The position numbers were made by a program, and so were the translations under genes. A stretch of DNA of 63,969 bases, counting the filler, from Folioceros fuciformis (lineage: Eukaryota): the NCBI GenBank assembly GCA_049999805.1. It is 3 parts of one record of this genome, joined end to end, with 100 filler letters (N's around TTAATTAATTAA, not from the genome) between each part and the next. Parts side by side here need not be neighbours in the genome. Positions count along the whole stretch, not along the records: positions 1 to 23,892 come from JBNGIO010006183.1; positions 23,993 to 36,740 come from JBNGIO010006183.1; 1 more part is not named here. One strand, 5' to 3'. This document shows positions 13,380 to 25,262 of this stretch, piece after piece (position 1 is the stretch's first letter; each line of letters starts with the position of its first letter). The notes beneath the pieces are model-generated. The model was not told the origin of the DNA, made no database searches, and worked only from the letters and a program-made list of their open reading frames with translations.

Positions 13380-14230
13380 GTATGCTATGTACTGCGGAAG
13401 TGTTGTCTTCTCAGTTTGGAAGTGCTTAAAATGAATTGGAGTAGCGGTACACATGGAATGTGCAAATTGCACCAAACTAGACCTTCAAGACTTTTACATA
13501 GCTTGGTCCAACATAGTACCCAAACCAATAACAATTGCTTACACAATGTCTCGTTTGTCCCCATTGAAATCGCCAACTTTCCTTAAAGCCTTATCCTCAT
13601 TTGTCATGTTCTTCTGAAATTATGCTCTTGCATATGAACTCGCCCAAGCTTTTCAGCATTTGCTACCACATTTTGGCGACTACTACAATAATCAGAGAAA
13701 CGTAATCCGTGTATAAGATTGTGAATTTTAGAAAAAGGCATATCATATTCCTCTTTGTATGTGAATAACTACCAAAAAACAATGAAAATGAACAACAACA
13801 ACCCAACACCGATAGATTGCCTCCCTAGACATAGATTGCATGAGTATCAAATGTAGCACTAGAAACATAACTATTCTCAAAGCAATGTCGAGTTTGTGTA
13901 ACTTATGCACATCACATAAAATGACTCTTTATTCTTGCCACTCTCAAGTGAGATGTATGTTTTGCTAGAGATCATGGGCATGATGAACTTGGTTCATGCA
14001 CGGCTGCTATCTACTCCGAAACCCAAGTGTTTTATGTTCACCTGCTTCAAAAAATTGTTGTGTTTTACCCCATTAATGCAAGTTACCTAGAAAGTATGGA
14101 CACTTACTTGCAAGTCACAGTCATATGGCTGCATAGTAAAGAAAAAACTTGCAACCATCCTAGATTTAGCATCGTAAAACATGTAGAGTTTAGATAAGCT
14201 AAATTGTCTTTCATTTGTAAATGATAATTG
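13380..14230 (-). mobile_element. Possible highly decayed DNA-transposon (hAT-like) relic
   Basis: Broken minus-strand frames contain LGFGVD and ILCDVHKL, loosely like the hAT GxGxDG and CxxH motifs. The sequence is AT-rich and lies between repeats. Confidence 0.25.
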
Positions 14231-14240
14231 TCTTTCATTT

Positions 14241-14460
14241 GGCAGTGGTGATACGGCGATGGTGAGCGTAGGGCAGTGGTGATGGAGAGTAGGGCAGTGG
14301 TGATACGGCGATGGTGAGCGTAGGGTGGTGGTATGGCATAGGTGTGATGGAGAGTAGGGCAGTGGTGATACGGCGATGGTGAGCGTAAGGTAGTGGTGAT
14401 GGAGAGTAGGGCGATGGTGATGAACGTGGAGCGTAGGGTGGTGGTATGGTATAGGTGTGT
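14241..14460. repeat. G-rich compound minisatellite
   Basis: Alternating units ggcagtggtgatacggcgatggtgagcgtag and ggcagtggtgatggagagtag, several copies. Confidence 0.85.
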
Positions 14461-14679
14461 GTGCAACTTTGCTATGCCATTGTGCGGCTACTAGGATTTC
14501 TAAGAGGTGCTCTTTAGGGGTATGGGCCTAGGGTTTCTAAGAGGTGTTCTTTGGGGGAAGAGTTTGGACGATGAAAAGTGATGTAGGGCAAGGCCATGTT
14601 CATTAGGGCTTTGGTTGTGTGTTTGTGTCCACGTGAGGAAGGTACCGAAAAATGGTATACCAATATGGTGGAGCAAGCA

Positions 14680-15170
14680 AGTAAGGTTTAGGGTTTAGCG
14701 GCAGGGCAAAGCGGAATGAGTTTGGTGTTTAGTAAAATGGCATAGTAGAATGACATTAGGGTTAAGTGGCATGGCAGAGCAACAAGGTTTATAGTTTACA
14801 AGCACAGCAGCAACAGAATAGATGGGGGAGAATGAACGTAGGGTTTAGGGGCATTGCGGAGAAAAATAGGTCTAGGGTTTAGCAACATGATGGAGCAAAA
14901 TAGGTTTAGGGTTTAGCCGCATGGCAGAGTGGAGTGGGTTTAGGGTGTAGCGACATGGTGGAGAAAAATGGATTAGGGTTTTTACCAGCATTATGGAGCA
15001 AAAATGGGTTTAGGGTTTAGTGGCATGGCAGAACTAAACAGGTTTAGGGTTTAGTCACACGATGGAGAAAAGTGGGTTCAGGGTTTTATAAACATTGTGG
15101 AGCAAAATGGGTCTAGGGTTGAGCGGCTTAGAGTAGAGCTTATGGAGGGCATTATAGGGTTATGGGTTAC
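14680..15170. repeat. ~34-bp degenerate minisatellite containing the plant telomere motif TTTAGGG
   Basis: Perfect TTTAGGG at 14687, 14844, 14905, 14939, 15009 and 15043; variants at ~14871, 14972, 15078 and 15112. Period ~34 bp; approximate consensus gcatggcagagcaaaatgggtttagggtttagcg. Confidence 0.85.
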
Positions 15171-15232
15171 AATGCAGAGTACAATTGTTTGGTTTTGATC
15201 GTTTTACAAGACTTTCTACATGCCTCTATCAC

Positions 15233-18200
15233 ATGGCGCGTAACACCCAGCCTTTACCTATCAAGAACACCCCTTGCTCAGTGTGTTTTCAACTTTGCTC
15301 CGGGGTCAAGGGGGTGAAATGCCATATTTGTCACAAACATAAGGACTTCGATAGGACCACTTGGGTGGCACAAGTGTGACTTGCTTCTTCTTTCGAACCA
15401 GCTGCCAATCCTCTTCTAATAGATCCTCTGCGGCCGTCCCCAGAGGCTTGGTTGTGGCTTCGAGGGTAATCTGATCACTAGTTGGCTCTTTTTCATGCTC
15501 GTTTTCCATGTCCTCGCCTCTTCCGACATCTCCCTAGGCGCCTACATGATGATATTCCCCTTGCTTATCATCTTCCCTTGGATTGCCTTACTCGGGACCC
15601 GAGGGATGAGAGTGCTTGGATTTTGTTCCTTTTCCTACCTAGATGGTGCCTTCGGCGCTCTAAGGGTGGTCTGTCAGGTCATAGAGGGGTGGCCTCTCGA
15701 CTTCGCCGTTTTCGATTCGGAGATTGGCAAGCTCTTTAGGAGGAGGATTTACAAGTAACAAAATTTCGATTGGAGTCAGCTAACGTTGACAAGGTGTGCC
15801 GTGACCCATTTAAAGTGAGTCTCAAGCGGTGTCTCATGTTGAGCAAGGATAGTGAATATGCTCGGGCTGCTAGAGCATTGCGCCTAGAGCTGGCTGCATC
15901 CACAACTGAGGACACCATTGCTGCACTTCGTGCCCTTCATCCAGAACCTCATGACACTATACCGCAACATCTTCTTGACCACATGGTCGAGCAGCCTTTT
16001 TGCTTAGATAGGGTTGTTTTTGGGCATGCACTCTCTTCTGCGCCGCGACTTTCTGCAGGGGATTTGTTTGGCACAGTTTATGACCATTTTCGAGATTATT
16101 TTTCTCCTGAGGATCCCTCAAGTGGTTTTTCGGAGCTTTATACACTAGCAGTTGTTGTGGCCAGGGGTGAAGTTCTCAATCGAATCTCTCAAGTTTTGGC
16201 GGCTAGTAGGCTACTTGCATTGGAAAAGCCCACCTCAGGAGTGCGCCCTATTGCTGTGGGGGAAGTATTTTTGCTCCTTATCAGCCGAAGTATCGCAATT
16301 CAACTTCATGAGTACTTCCAAGCGCATCTTGCACCCCACCAATTTGGGATTGCTACCCCAAGTGGGTGTGAATCTGCCACTCTCGGCATCCAGGCTACCC
16401 TTGAGTTACATCCTCACTAGGTAACTTTGCAGGTAGATATTGAGAATGCTTTCAACACCATCTCTAGGGTCGCCATCTTCTCAGAGCTCAAGAGTGCAGG
16501 AGGTCAATTGGCAAGTCTTATCCCTTTTGTTCGCTCCTTCCATGTCTCGCCATCCAAGCTCTACTACCAACACGGCCCAACTATTGAGGTGGTCTCAGTT
16601 TTTGATTCAACAATAGGCACAAGGCAAAGGGATCCGCTTGGGGCTGCTCTTTTTGCAATAGCGCATTTTCGTGCGTTGTCCTCTATTGCCTTAGCAGTTC
16701 GGGAATGCCTTTTTTCTTCCATGGCTGATGATACTCATATTCTTGGGCAAGGAGTCACAATCATAGCAGCATTTGATTTCTTCTCATCAGAGCTCTCCAA
16801 GGTGGGGTTGCGGGTCAAGCTATCTAAATGCAGCGTTTGGTCCCCTTCAAGCATCACTCCCCCCCTTCAATATTTGGGGGGGGATATCACCCACTCGCAG
16901 GGACTTCGAGTCTTGGGTGTGCCTGTCGTACCTCCTGATTTTGTTCATAGGTTTGTGAATGAAGCATTGGATGAAGATTTGGCTCATAGCATGGACCTCT
17001 CACAAATCGGTGATCCTCAGATTGCGTTTGGTATCTTTTCTTCTTGTTTTGCACGACGACTAGGTTACCTCACTAGAATTGTTGCACCTTCTCCATTTTT
17101 CTTATCAAGTCTCAGGAAGTTTGATAATCAAGTTATGCAGGCTCTTGGGAACATCATAGGTCCGGGCACCTTCGAGTGTGCTGTCGGTGATTTGGCTCGG
17201 AAGCAAGCTTCTTTGCCAATCGCCTTTGGAGGGGTTGGTCTTTTGGCCATGGAGGCCTCTGCCCCAGTTGCCTTTCTCGGCAACTGGGCCCTCTCAGCTC
17301 CAATTTTGGCCTCTCGCTTTTTGCTACAAGATTCCCCTGTTCTTGAAAGTTTTATTTCAGGTGTTGAGGAGGGCGTTTTCTCTTTACAGGGATCTCTAAG
17401 GCAAGCGAGGGATTCTCTACCTTTGGAGGCTCGCGAGGCTCTACCTCCTTTCACCTCCTTTTCTAGGGAAGGGTTGAAGGGTCTCCAAGCCTCCCTCCTA
17501 GAAAAGAAATATGGCTAAGCACTAAGAGCCCTTCTTTCAGACTCATCCATCCCTAAGTCTTCTTGAGCTCGTATTTGATCTTGTTTAGGTAAAGGAGCGA
17601 GCTCTTGGCTTTAAGCTCGACCTTGCATCCAGGCATTTTGAATCGCACCAGCAACTTTCGCCACCGCAATGAGATTTCGCTTAGGTTTGGCCCACCCCTT
17701 GGCTTTTTCTCTCTCTACATGCAGTTGTGGGGTTGCCATTGTCGATACAGGGTCCCATTTGGCACGTTGTCCCGTTGGGGGGCACCGCATTGCCACTCAT
17801 GATGCAGTTCAAGATGTCATGTTCTCAATGGCTAGGGAGTGTGGGTTTCTTCCGTATAGGGAGCGTCCATGTACTTTGCGCAATGGGGTTTCACTTAGAG
17901 CCGACTTTTTCTTCACTAGGGGAGAACAGGTTTGTGTTGCTAATGTGGTTGTTACGGATCCCACTAGGGATTCGATTTGTGAGCACGTCATCATCAACCC
18001 CCCTGGTTGGGCAGCAGAGGGTTGTGCAAGTGCCAAAGTCCATAAGTATTATCCCTTGCAAGACGGACATACTTTCATCCCCCTTGCTCTTGAGGCTCAT
18101 GGAGCTATGAGCAAGGACTTTTCAAGGTTTATCTAGGAGTGCGCCAAGGTTTATTAGAGCAATAGGAATGGTGTTCTCCCTCTTTCCTCTGTGGTGGTCT

Positions 18201-18382
18201 TCTTTCGACAACGTGTATCCATTACTTTGCAACGAGCATTGGCCAATGCAGTTTTTAGAACAGCAACAAGTGCAGGTCAAGCGGCTTCTTCGCAAGCGGC
18301 TTCTTCGGCGTCGGTGGTAGGTAGGCCTTTTGTTATTCCACATCATGACATTTTAGGAGCAGTACGTAGTTTTAGAAAATGA
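15233..18382 (+). mobile_element. Full-length single-ORF non-LTR retrotransposon of RLE type (CRE-like), inactivated by in-frame stops
   Basis: ORF-track pieces at 15185, 15482, 15770, 16427, 17669 and 18191 share one frame. N-terminal C2H2 finger CSVC-x12-H-x4-H. RT motifs GVRPIAVGE, QFGI, QVDIENAFN, GTRQRDPL, SMADD, LGVP, LPIAFGGVGL. C-terminal RFRLG, CSC-x8-H-x3-C knuckle, THD, RAD, KVHKY, FIPLALE. No APE domain, no LTRs. Confidence 0.92.
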
Positions 18383-18604
18383 TCTTCGCAGGGGAGAGTA
18401 CCTCTTTTTGCCTTTGGCCCTAATGGGGTTGTTCCTCCATCTTTGGAGTAGATGGGACTTTCCATCTCTTTTTCAATCATAGAAAATACTAATTTTTTTG
18501 TAAATGATATAGATATCTAGACATACTAAAATTAATGTCTTATAAGGCATATCATTAATATGATCCCACATTTACCAAAAAGACACAAATTTAAGTTGTA
18601 GCAA

Positions 18605-21600
18605 CTATTCCTCATTAGGGCCCTCCTCTACATCAAGCTTTTGAGGCAATTTAACAAGCTCGTATTCAAGCTGTTGAGGCATTAGTGATTTTCTCCAACC
18701 AGTTGCACCTGGTTGGGGAACCAAAATGGATCTTCTAGTGGGGGATGGATTAGATAACTTTCTAGGTATTGATTGATTAAAGGATGCCCTGTTGCTAGAA
18801 TTGCTAGAACCACCAAATGTATCCATAGAGCTTCCGTTGTTGAATGAACTACGAACACCATTAAAACCGTCTTGCATCATTGCGACAGATGGCTTTGAAA
18901 GATTAGATAATATTTCGCTTGCCTTTTCCGAACCTTCTTGTATAACTTGAATAGATTTTCTAGCTATTTGTGATACGGTTGTCATTGGTGATGCATTTAC
19001 TCCTACATTATATACAAAATATTGATTAATAAGAGCAAAATACTTAATAAATTAAACTTCAAGAGTTGTTAAACATACGGAAAACCTACATCTCAAAACT
19101 TTATTACAAAAGAAGAGATGAAAATCCATCTACCATCGAAAGAAAGTGGGCAATCCAATAAAGAGCACGTACCAAAACTAGCATCCGCTAAATCGATATC
19201 ATCTCCGCTTCGTTGCCATACTTTAAATGCTATAATTGAAATAATTGCAAGCAAAGTTGCAGACCCTATGCTAGATGCAATTATAATGATATTTTTTTTT
19301 GAATTGGTAATACTTCCTGGTAATGAGGAATCGCCTGGGTTTACAAAGGCAGTCGCTAATTTCTGGGTAACATGTAAATCAGCAACTTTTCTACAAGTTT
19401 CGTTAATGTTTGAAACCCATCCTATAGCACAATAACTACAATCAATGCCGGCGTATCCTGCAGGAAAATCAAAGACACAAGTTGAGATTAATTGATATTT
19501 ACAAAGATATTATTTTATATAAAAAGTTATTGAATGAAGAAGGAGCTATACCCAAGAAACAATCACATTGTCCACTTGCATCTAGACAGTGTCCATTTCC
19601 TGCACATGCAATTCCTGCTTTTGGACCTATCGTTGGTACTGGACATGGGTTGGGTACGTAAGGACAATCTTTTAAACAACAATATTTTTTGTCCGAGCTC
19701 GCACTATTTCCTTGCTTATCACATCTTTCCCCCTTTTCGCACATTCCATTTCCACAAATACCAAATCTTTGAATATTGATTACATCCGTAATTTGAATCG
19801 CATCAAACATCTGTACCATACTCACTTCTAAGAGATATAAAATAAGGATGTTATTTTTTTAATTTTAATAAAAAATATCAGAACAATAATTTAGAATTTA
19901 GAGTTCAAATTTTACATCATTATCTTCAGACTCTAGAAATGTTGCTTGCATAAGTGAAGATCGTGCGTCATTTTTTTTCACATGCATGTTTCTCAAAAAA
20001 GTCTAGAAAATCAAAATAATGAAATAAGTAAATAATATATTACAATACCTAATTCAATATCATAGTCTCATTTCACACATTAGACTCTATGAAATAGTCT
20101 TATTTTTTTTAGAACAACAAGATATAAAACCCATCTACCCTAAACTAAGATCATAGAAATCCATTCTTGAAGCACTTATACAAAAATTTGTATGGTAGGT
20201 ATATGTTTAGTAGATTGCTCTTAGACTTTGAAGTATGATACTATGAACTAGTAAGTAAAACGCACAATATTGTACCAGTGGAACTGGAAGAATTGTCAAT
20301 TTAAAAACTCCAATAGACAAGGATGTTCCACCATTCATGCAGTTTTCCATATCTTCACTATTCGTTGTACAATCCATGCTCAAGCTATTGGAAATTTGCA
20401 TTGAGTTCAACAACACAGCAGATGGCTGAACTCCTAATCGAGAGGATACCTAACAGTTTATCCAAACATAATTTAGAAAAAGGATAAAAAAAATATGAGT
20501 TAATCAAGTGGGATACTGTAGATGTGAAGAAAATTAATATCCATAAACTACATACGCTTTGCACAAAAGATATCATGAAGTCTTTCCAAATAGAGGAGCC
20601 GTTTACGTGGAGAGACATAGTGGCATTTATAAATTCTGTAAGAATTGTCACATTTGTTCCACAACTGGTACCATCTCCGTTGCAAATATGACATTCATCT
20701 AGGACACCACTCTTGCAACAAATTCCCTTTTCATCCCGAACAGTAGGGCAACATGTGTTTTGTGAATCCAGAGACCTACGTCAATGCAAACAATTAACTT
20801 GCTTCTATTGTGGCTAATCAATCTTGAAGCAAACCAATGAATGATATCATCTTGTACTAAAGGCCTGAGAGGAAACTCATACTTAGATTTCCCGTCACAT
20901 ACACCACAAGCATCTAAATTCCCGCTTTCGCAACAAAATCCATTCTACAAGAGTTGGTGAGGTAGAATGCATCAGCATGCTTCGTCACAAATCATACATG
21001 TGTGCATTGGGTTTTAGAGGAACATAGCCGAAGAACATTGATACCTGATCAAGTTTTGAGGCATTGTTTGCACAACAATGTTGATATGCATCAATGGTTT
21101 TAAATGGACAGCAACTGACATTTCCATTTGGAAGGTAACCCATTGGTTTTCCCTTACACACTATAGGTCTATCGCAGTATTGTCCTTCCCATTGTGAGGA
21201 GCAAGTACATTGCCCTGCCTGCAAAGTCAAACCCATGCCCCATATTCAATTCATAAAAGAAAACAAAATCTCATCTTAAACTAATTTTCATTCATGATAA
21301 GACTTTCTAAAGTTGATGGGTTTTCATAGAACTTTAACTTACTACACATTTTCCATTTCCAGAACAATTATTGTAGTTGCAATTGTCACAATTGGGATCA
21401 ACTTGTTCGCAGTTGGTTGATGAGGCTGGTTTTAACAATGGATCACAAAGTGATTCAATAACAGAGTCTCCTTCTCCATCAACGCACTAGCAATGTATTC
21501 ACACAATAGTATAATTGTCAATTAGAGTAAATAATCTTATTCAATAAAGTATAAATTATTGATTGTCTTACCTCAACCACACGGTAAACAGTAGCATTGC

Positions 21601-23892
21601 ACTCACTAGGGCATCTTGACCAGTGACCAACCAGCCAAGCATATGTTGCACAGGGCTATGATCCACAAAGACATTACACAAAGATGCTTTCTTAAAGATT
21701 ATTTCTTACAATTTAGGACATTGTTGGATACACATAGATTAGATAAACAAGAGGAAATATGCATATTAAAAAGTTAAAATTATAGTAGAAAACCTTAGAC
21801 AACCTTTACAACAACAATATGCACACCTGGTCATTACATCGTGACTGCACTCTTGGAGGGTCACCAATACATAAGGCATCATCCACAATTGTTTCGTTTT
21901 GCATACAAATACTATCACGAAATCGGAATCCTCCAGCACAAGGCACGTTGCAAAAGTTCCAATTGGGTACTCTCCAGTATGTGCTATTGCATGCTTGTGG
22001 ATTACAACTTCGAGTCTCAGTATCTAACGTGAGCTTCGAGCACATGGAAATATCTGCTATATTTCCAAAGTTGTCAACACAAACCAATTCCCTGTGAAGT
22101 TAGGCTGCAAAGTTAGACTAATACATAGTGCTTTTGCGATACAATTTAAAAATGATAATTGCAAGTGGGATCTAATTATGCAACCTGAATTGAGAGCCAG
22201 AGCCACAAGTCTGGTTGCACTCACTCCAAGGACCTTTAAACAACTTGTATGTTTGGCACGCCACATTATTACAACTCTATGGAGAAAACAAATTATAAGG
22301 ATAATTTGAATAAGTGACATGAATTTGCATAATGAACACAAACTCCATATTTATATCTCACTTGATTTAATTGTGGAAGAGGAAGATAATCACAAAAACT
22401 TGCATTCACCGGCACTAAATCTTTATCATAACATTGCATAACGGCATGCTGGCCATAAGGACATTTCACAAGAAGCAAGATTGAATAGTTAACATTCATA
22501 TAAGATACTTGATGTAAATGGTATAAAATAAAATTACACATACACCTTATTTCCTCCTCCACACGGTTTGTCACATAAACCCCAACCAACAGGGCTCCAA
22601 GAATATTCAGACGTTGTGTCTTGTACCAATATTGGTGGTTGTGATTCCATCTCACAACCACCCTTAAGTTTCCAATTAGTGCAAACAACTAATGGGTCTG
22701 CTTGCATCGCATAATGTATTTTTGAAGTGGAAAAAGCGGCAAACTTAGTTGTTGATTTCTTCTTATCTAAAGAAAATCATTTTACTTTATTTTTCATATT
22801 ATATTATATTGTAGTACCATACAAAATATTTTTATTATTAATTTTATAAAAATATTAGAAAGTTTCTATTATTATCCCTTATATAGTGGTTTAATGGGTA
22901 ATGCTTAGAATATATTTTACAAAGTAAAACAAATAATTTTAAAATATGATGAAGAAATTTAATGAATGACAGCTTACCATTTGGTCCTTTCACATAAATA
23001 TCAAATGGACCTTGATCTCCTCCAAAGCCATCAACCATCTAATATGAAAGCAAAACAAGAAGGATGTTTATGAGTATCATGTTCATCATATCACAGGGCA
23101 CCTAATTAATATTTCAAATTTTAAGAACAAAAGCATATCTAACTTCATCCTAGACACCAAAGTACATCAAGGTTTGTAAAAGAACTCACAATTATATACA
23201 CATGGCCCTTAACAAATGAGATTTGTGGGATCATTGATTGAGCATTACAAGCATCGTCATTGCAAGCTAGTTGATGCACAGTTTGGGCTGTTTTTTCATA
23301 AACTGATAGTAATGTATCAAACTCTGTATCTCCACACAAGGAAATATTTACTACCTGGAAAGCAAGCTTATTGATTTTGATTCATTCATTCATTGTGGAA
23401 CCCTAAACCTTGAAAGTTCTTTTCATTATGTAGACACATTTAAACCCTAAACCCATTGTCAAATCTCAAATTTGGATACTTTGAGCAGATGAAATGTTCA
23501 AGTTAGATGGGCTTTAGGCTATCTTCCATTATGGGTCGATATCTTAAATGAGTGATATAATTCAAACTTAGGCTTATGAAAATGTACCATTGTTTCAATA
23601 GCTGTGAATTGAAATACTGTATCTGGTCCAGAACTATGACAAGAGTCAAAATCCGAATCATATATGTTTTTATAATTTGACGTGTCATCCTCATAGTAAA
23701 AAGGAAGACTAGGAATTATTTTTGGTTGTGCAATCGATTGACCGCAAGGATTATTCGGTGTCTGTCTACACACCGCTATCCATTGAAGAAAACATAAAAT
23801 CTTAGAAAGAGAAAGTCATAGAGTAACATACATTTTTTGCAAGTGAAAATTACAAACCTGTATCTCTAGAAGTAAGGAAGCCTTCAGGAATC
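18605..23892 (-). CDS. Multi-exon Cys-rich type-I membrane protein with 4 TSP1 repeats and EGF-like domains; 5' end lost in gap
   Basis: TSP1 exons: WSPVGWGLCDKPCGGG, GPWSECNQTCGSGSQFR, PNWNFCNVPCAGGFRFR, GHWSRCPSEC. EGF-like: CSGNGKCV|AGQCTCSSQWEGQYC and CAGNGHCLDASGQCDCFLG|YAGIDC. Cys repeats LDACGVCDG and LDECHICNGDGTSC. TM segment IIIIASSIGSATLLAIISIIAF, then a Ser-rich tail ending at TAG 18605. The GT-AG junctions I checked are frame-compatible. Confidence 0.85.
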
Positions 23893-23992
23893 NNNNNNNN
23901 NNNNNNNNNNNNNNNNNNNNNNNNNNNNNNNNNNNNTTAATTAATTAANNNNNNNNNNNNNNNNNNNNNNNNNNNNNNNNNNNNNNNNNNNN
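23893..23992. other. Assembly gap with artificial linker
   Basis: 44 N + TTAATTAATTAA + 44 N = 100 bp; the linker gives stops in all six frames. Confidence 0.97.
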
Positions 23993-24084
23993 GGACCGGC
24001 AAAACCAAGGAGGGCGAAATGGGGCGAAATGCCCCGGTTGATGCTCCCTTGACTGGAGCGATTCGCAGTGCAGAAGGAATCATT

Positions 24085-24119
<35 letters not shown>

Positions 24120-25262
24120 TTCTGCTGCACTTTCTCGCTGCCTTTTGATGAGGCTCGCCTACAATTTCTTCCACCTTGGACGTCGCTCAATCTTCACCTT
24201 GGCCTCCTTTCCTTTGTAAAAATTGTCTTTCCCTGGGATGTGCAATACCATGCGCGTGTGCCCCGCCTCCGCCTTCACGTCCAGCAGCAGCTGCTGGGAA
24301 TCGCGATCTTTCTACTGGTCCAAGCGTGTGCCTTTCGATCCTGCTTCAGCGCCGGGCTCCGTCGTGTTGGTGGAACATCTGCAGTCTGCTGGGTTTGCTC
24401 CTTCTCAGCGGGATCTGTGAGCTTCGCCCGGGGAAACGCTAATTTCGGGCATTTCAGGCTGCATCCCGTCCCGGCTAGTGTGTTGCCTAGTGTGTTGCTT
24501 CAGCCTCTAGCGCATTGCCGAGCTGCAGGCAGGGCCGATCTAGCTCAGGCTGATGCGCGGCATGCTGGAGTGCGAGTAGGTGGGCTGGTGGTAGAAGAAG
24601 CAAGGTTCTTCTGACACGGGAGTGCAGGTGCAGAGTGAAAGCTCCCCCGCCCCGGAGTACACCGGCTGAGCTGCATAATCACTTTCTCTCACTGTCTCTC
24701 GTATGTGGGGAAGGCCTAGTGCATGCCGTACGCGTTTCAGTAGCTGCCTGACTGTGCCGGGGTTTGCACACGGAGAAGGTTGCGCTCCGCTTGAGCTTGT
24801 CGGCAGCTGGCACATCTAGCGTTGTGCGGCTCCATCCCGACCTTGGCACCGTCGCTCCTCGTTTGCAAGTCACCGGGACTGATCCCGCGGGCTGGCTTAG
24901 GTACCGGTGCAGCTGGCAGGCAGGGCACGGTGACGAGCGCACTAGCTCCAGTCGCTCCTGGAATTGTGCTTTGCGCAGGCTGCTGCGGCTCCCAGATTCT
25001 GGTTCGAATCAAGGTGAGGGTTGGAAGCCGGCTGCTACTGATGCTCGCAAGTGTGGATTTCGTTGCTTGCAACGGCCACAAGGCAGTTGTCTGCTCATGT
25101 GTCATGTTCGTGCATTGCTCCCTGTATTTTCGACTGTTTCCGTTCCTGATCCGGTTGCAGACCGCTCCTGTGTGATGCACAGGACTTGGACTCCGTGGCT
25201 CGTGTAGCAGGAGGTCTACTGCTCACTGCCGGTGGAGTGGATAGCCCAACCATCTCTTCAGA

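Noticed and set aside
14680-15170. True telomere or chromosome-fusion scar
   Set aside because: There is no uninterrupted (TTTAGGG)n run or head-to-head array; motifs occur at most twice per unit inside a 34-bp repeat.
15377-18160. Stops in the retroelement as U-to-C editing sites (hornwort-style stop removal)
   Set aside because: Such editing is known for organellar transcripts. Some stops derive from TGG (G>A) and could not be repaired that way, so DNA-level deamination is the simpler explanation.
23399-23454. AAACCCTA telo-box-like motifs in an intron of the TSP1 gene
   Set aside because: Only two or three scattered copies in AT-rich intron sequence; no support for function.
23937-23948. 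TTAATTAATTAA palindrome inside N runs (also at 36785-36796)
   Set aside because: The identical 44N-12-44N structure occurs twice; it is an artificial six-frame-stop scaffold linker, not biology.
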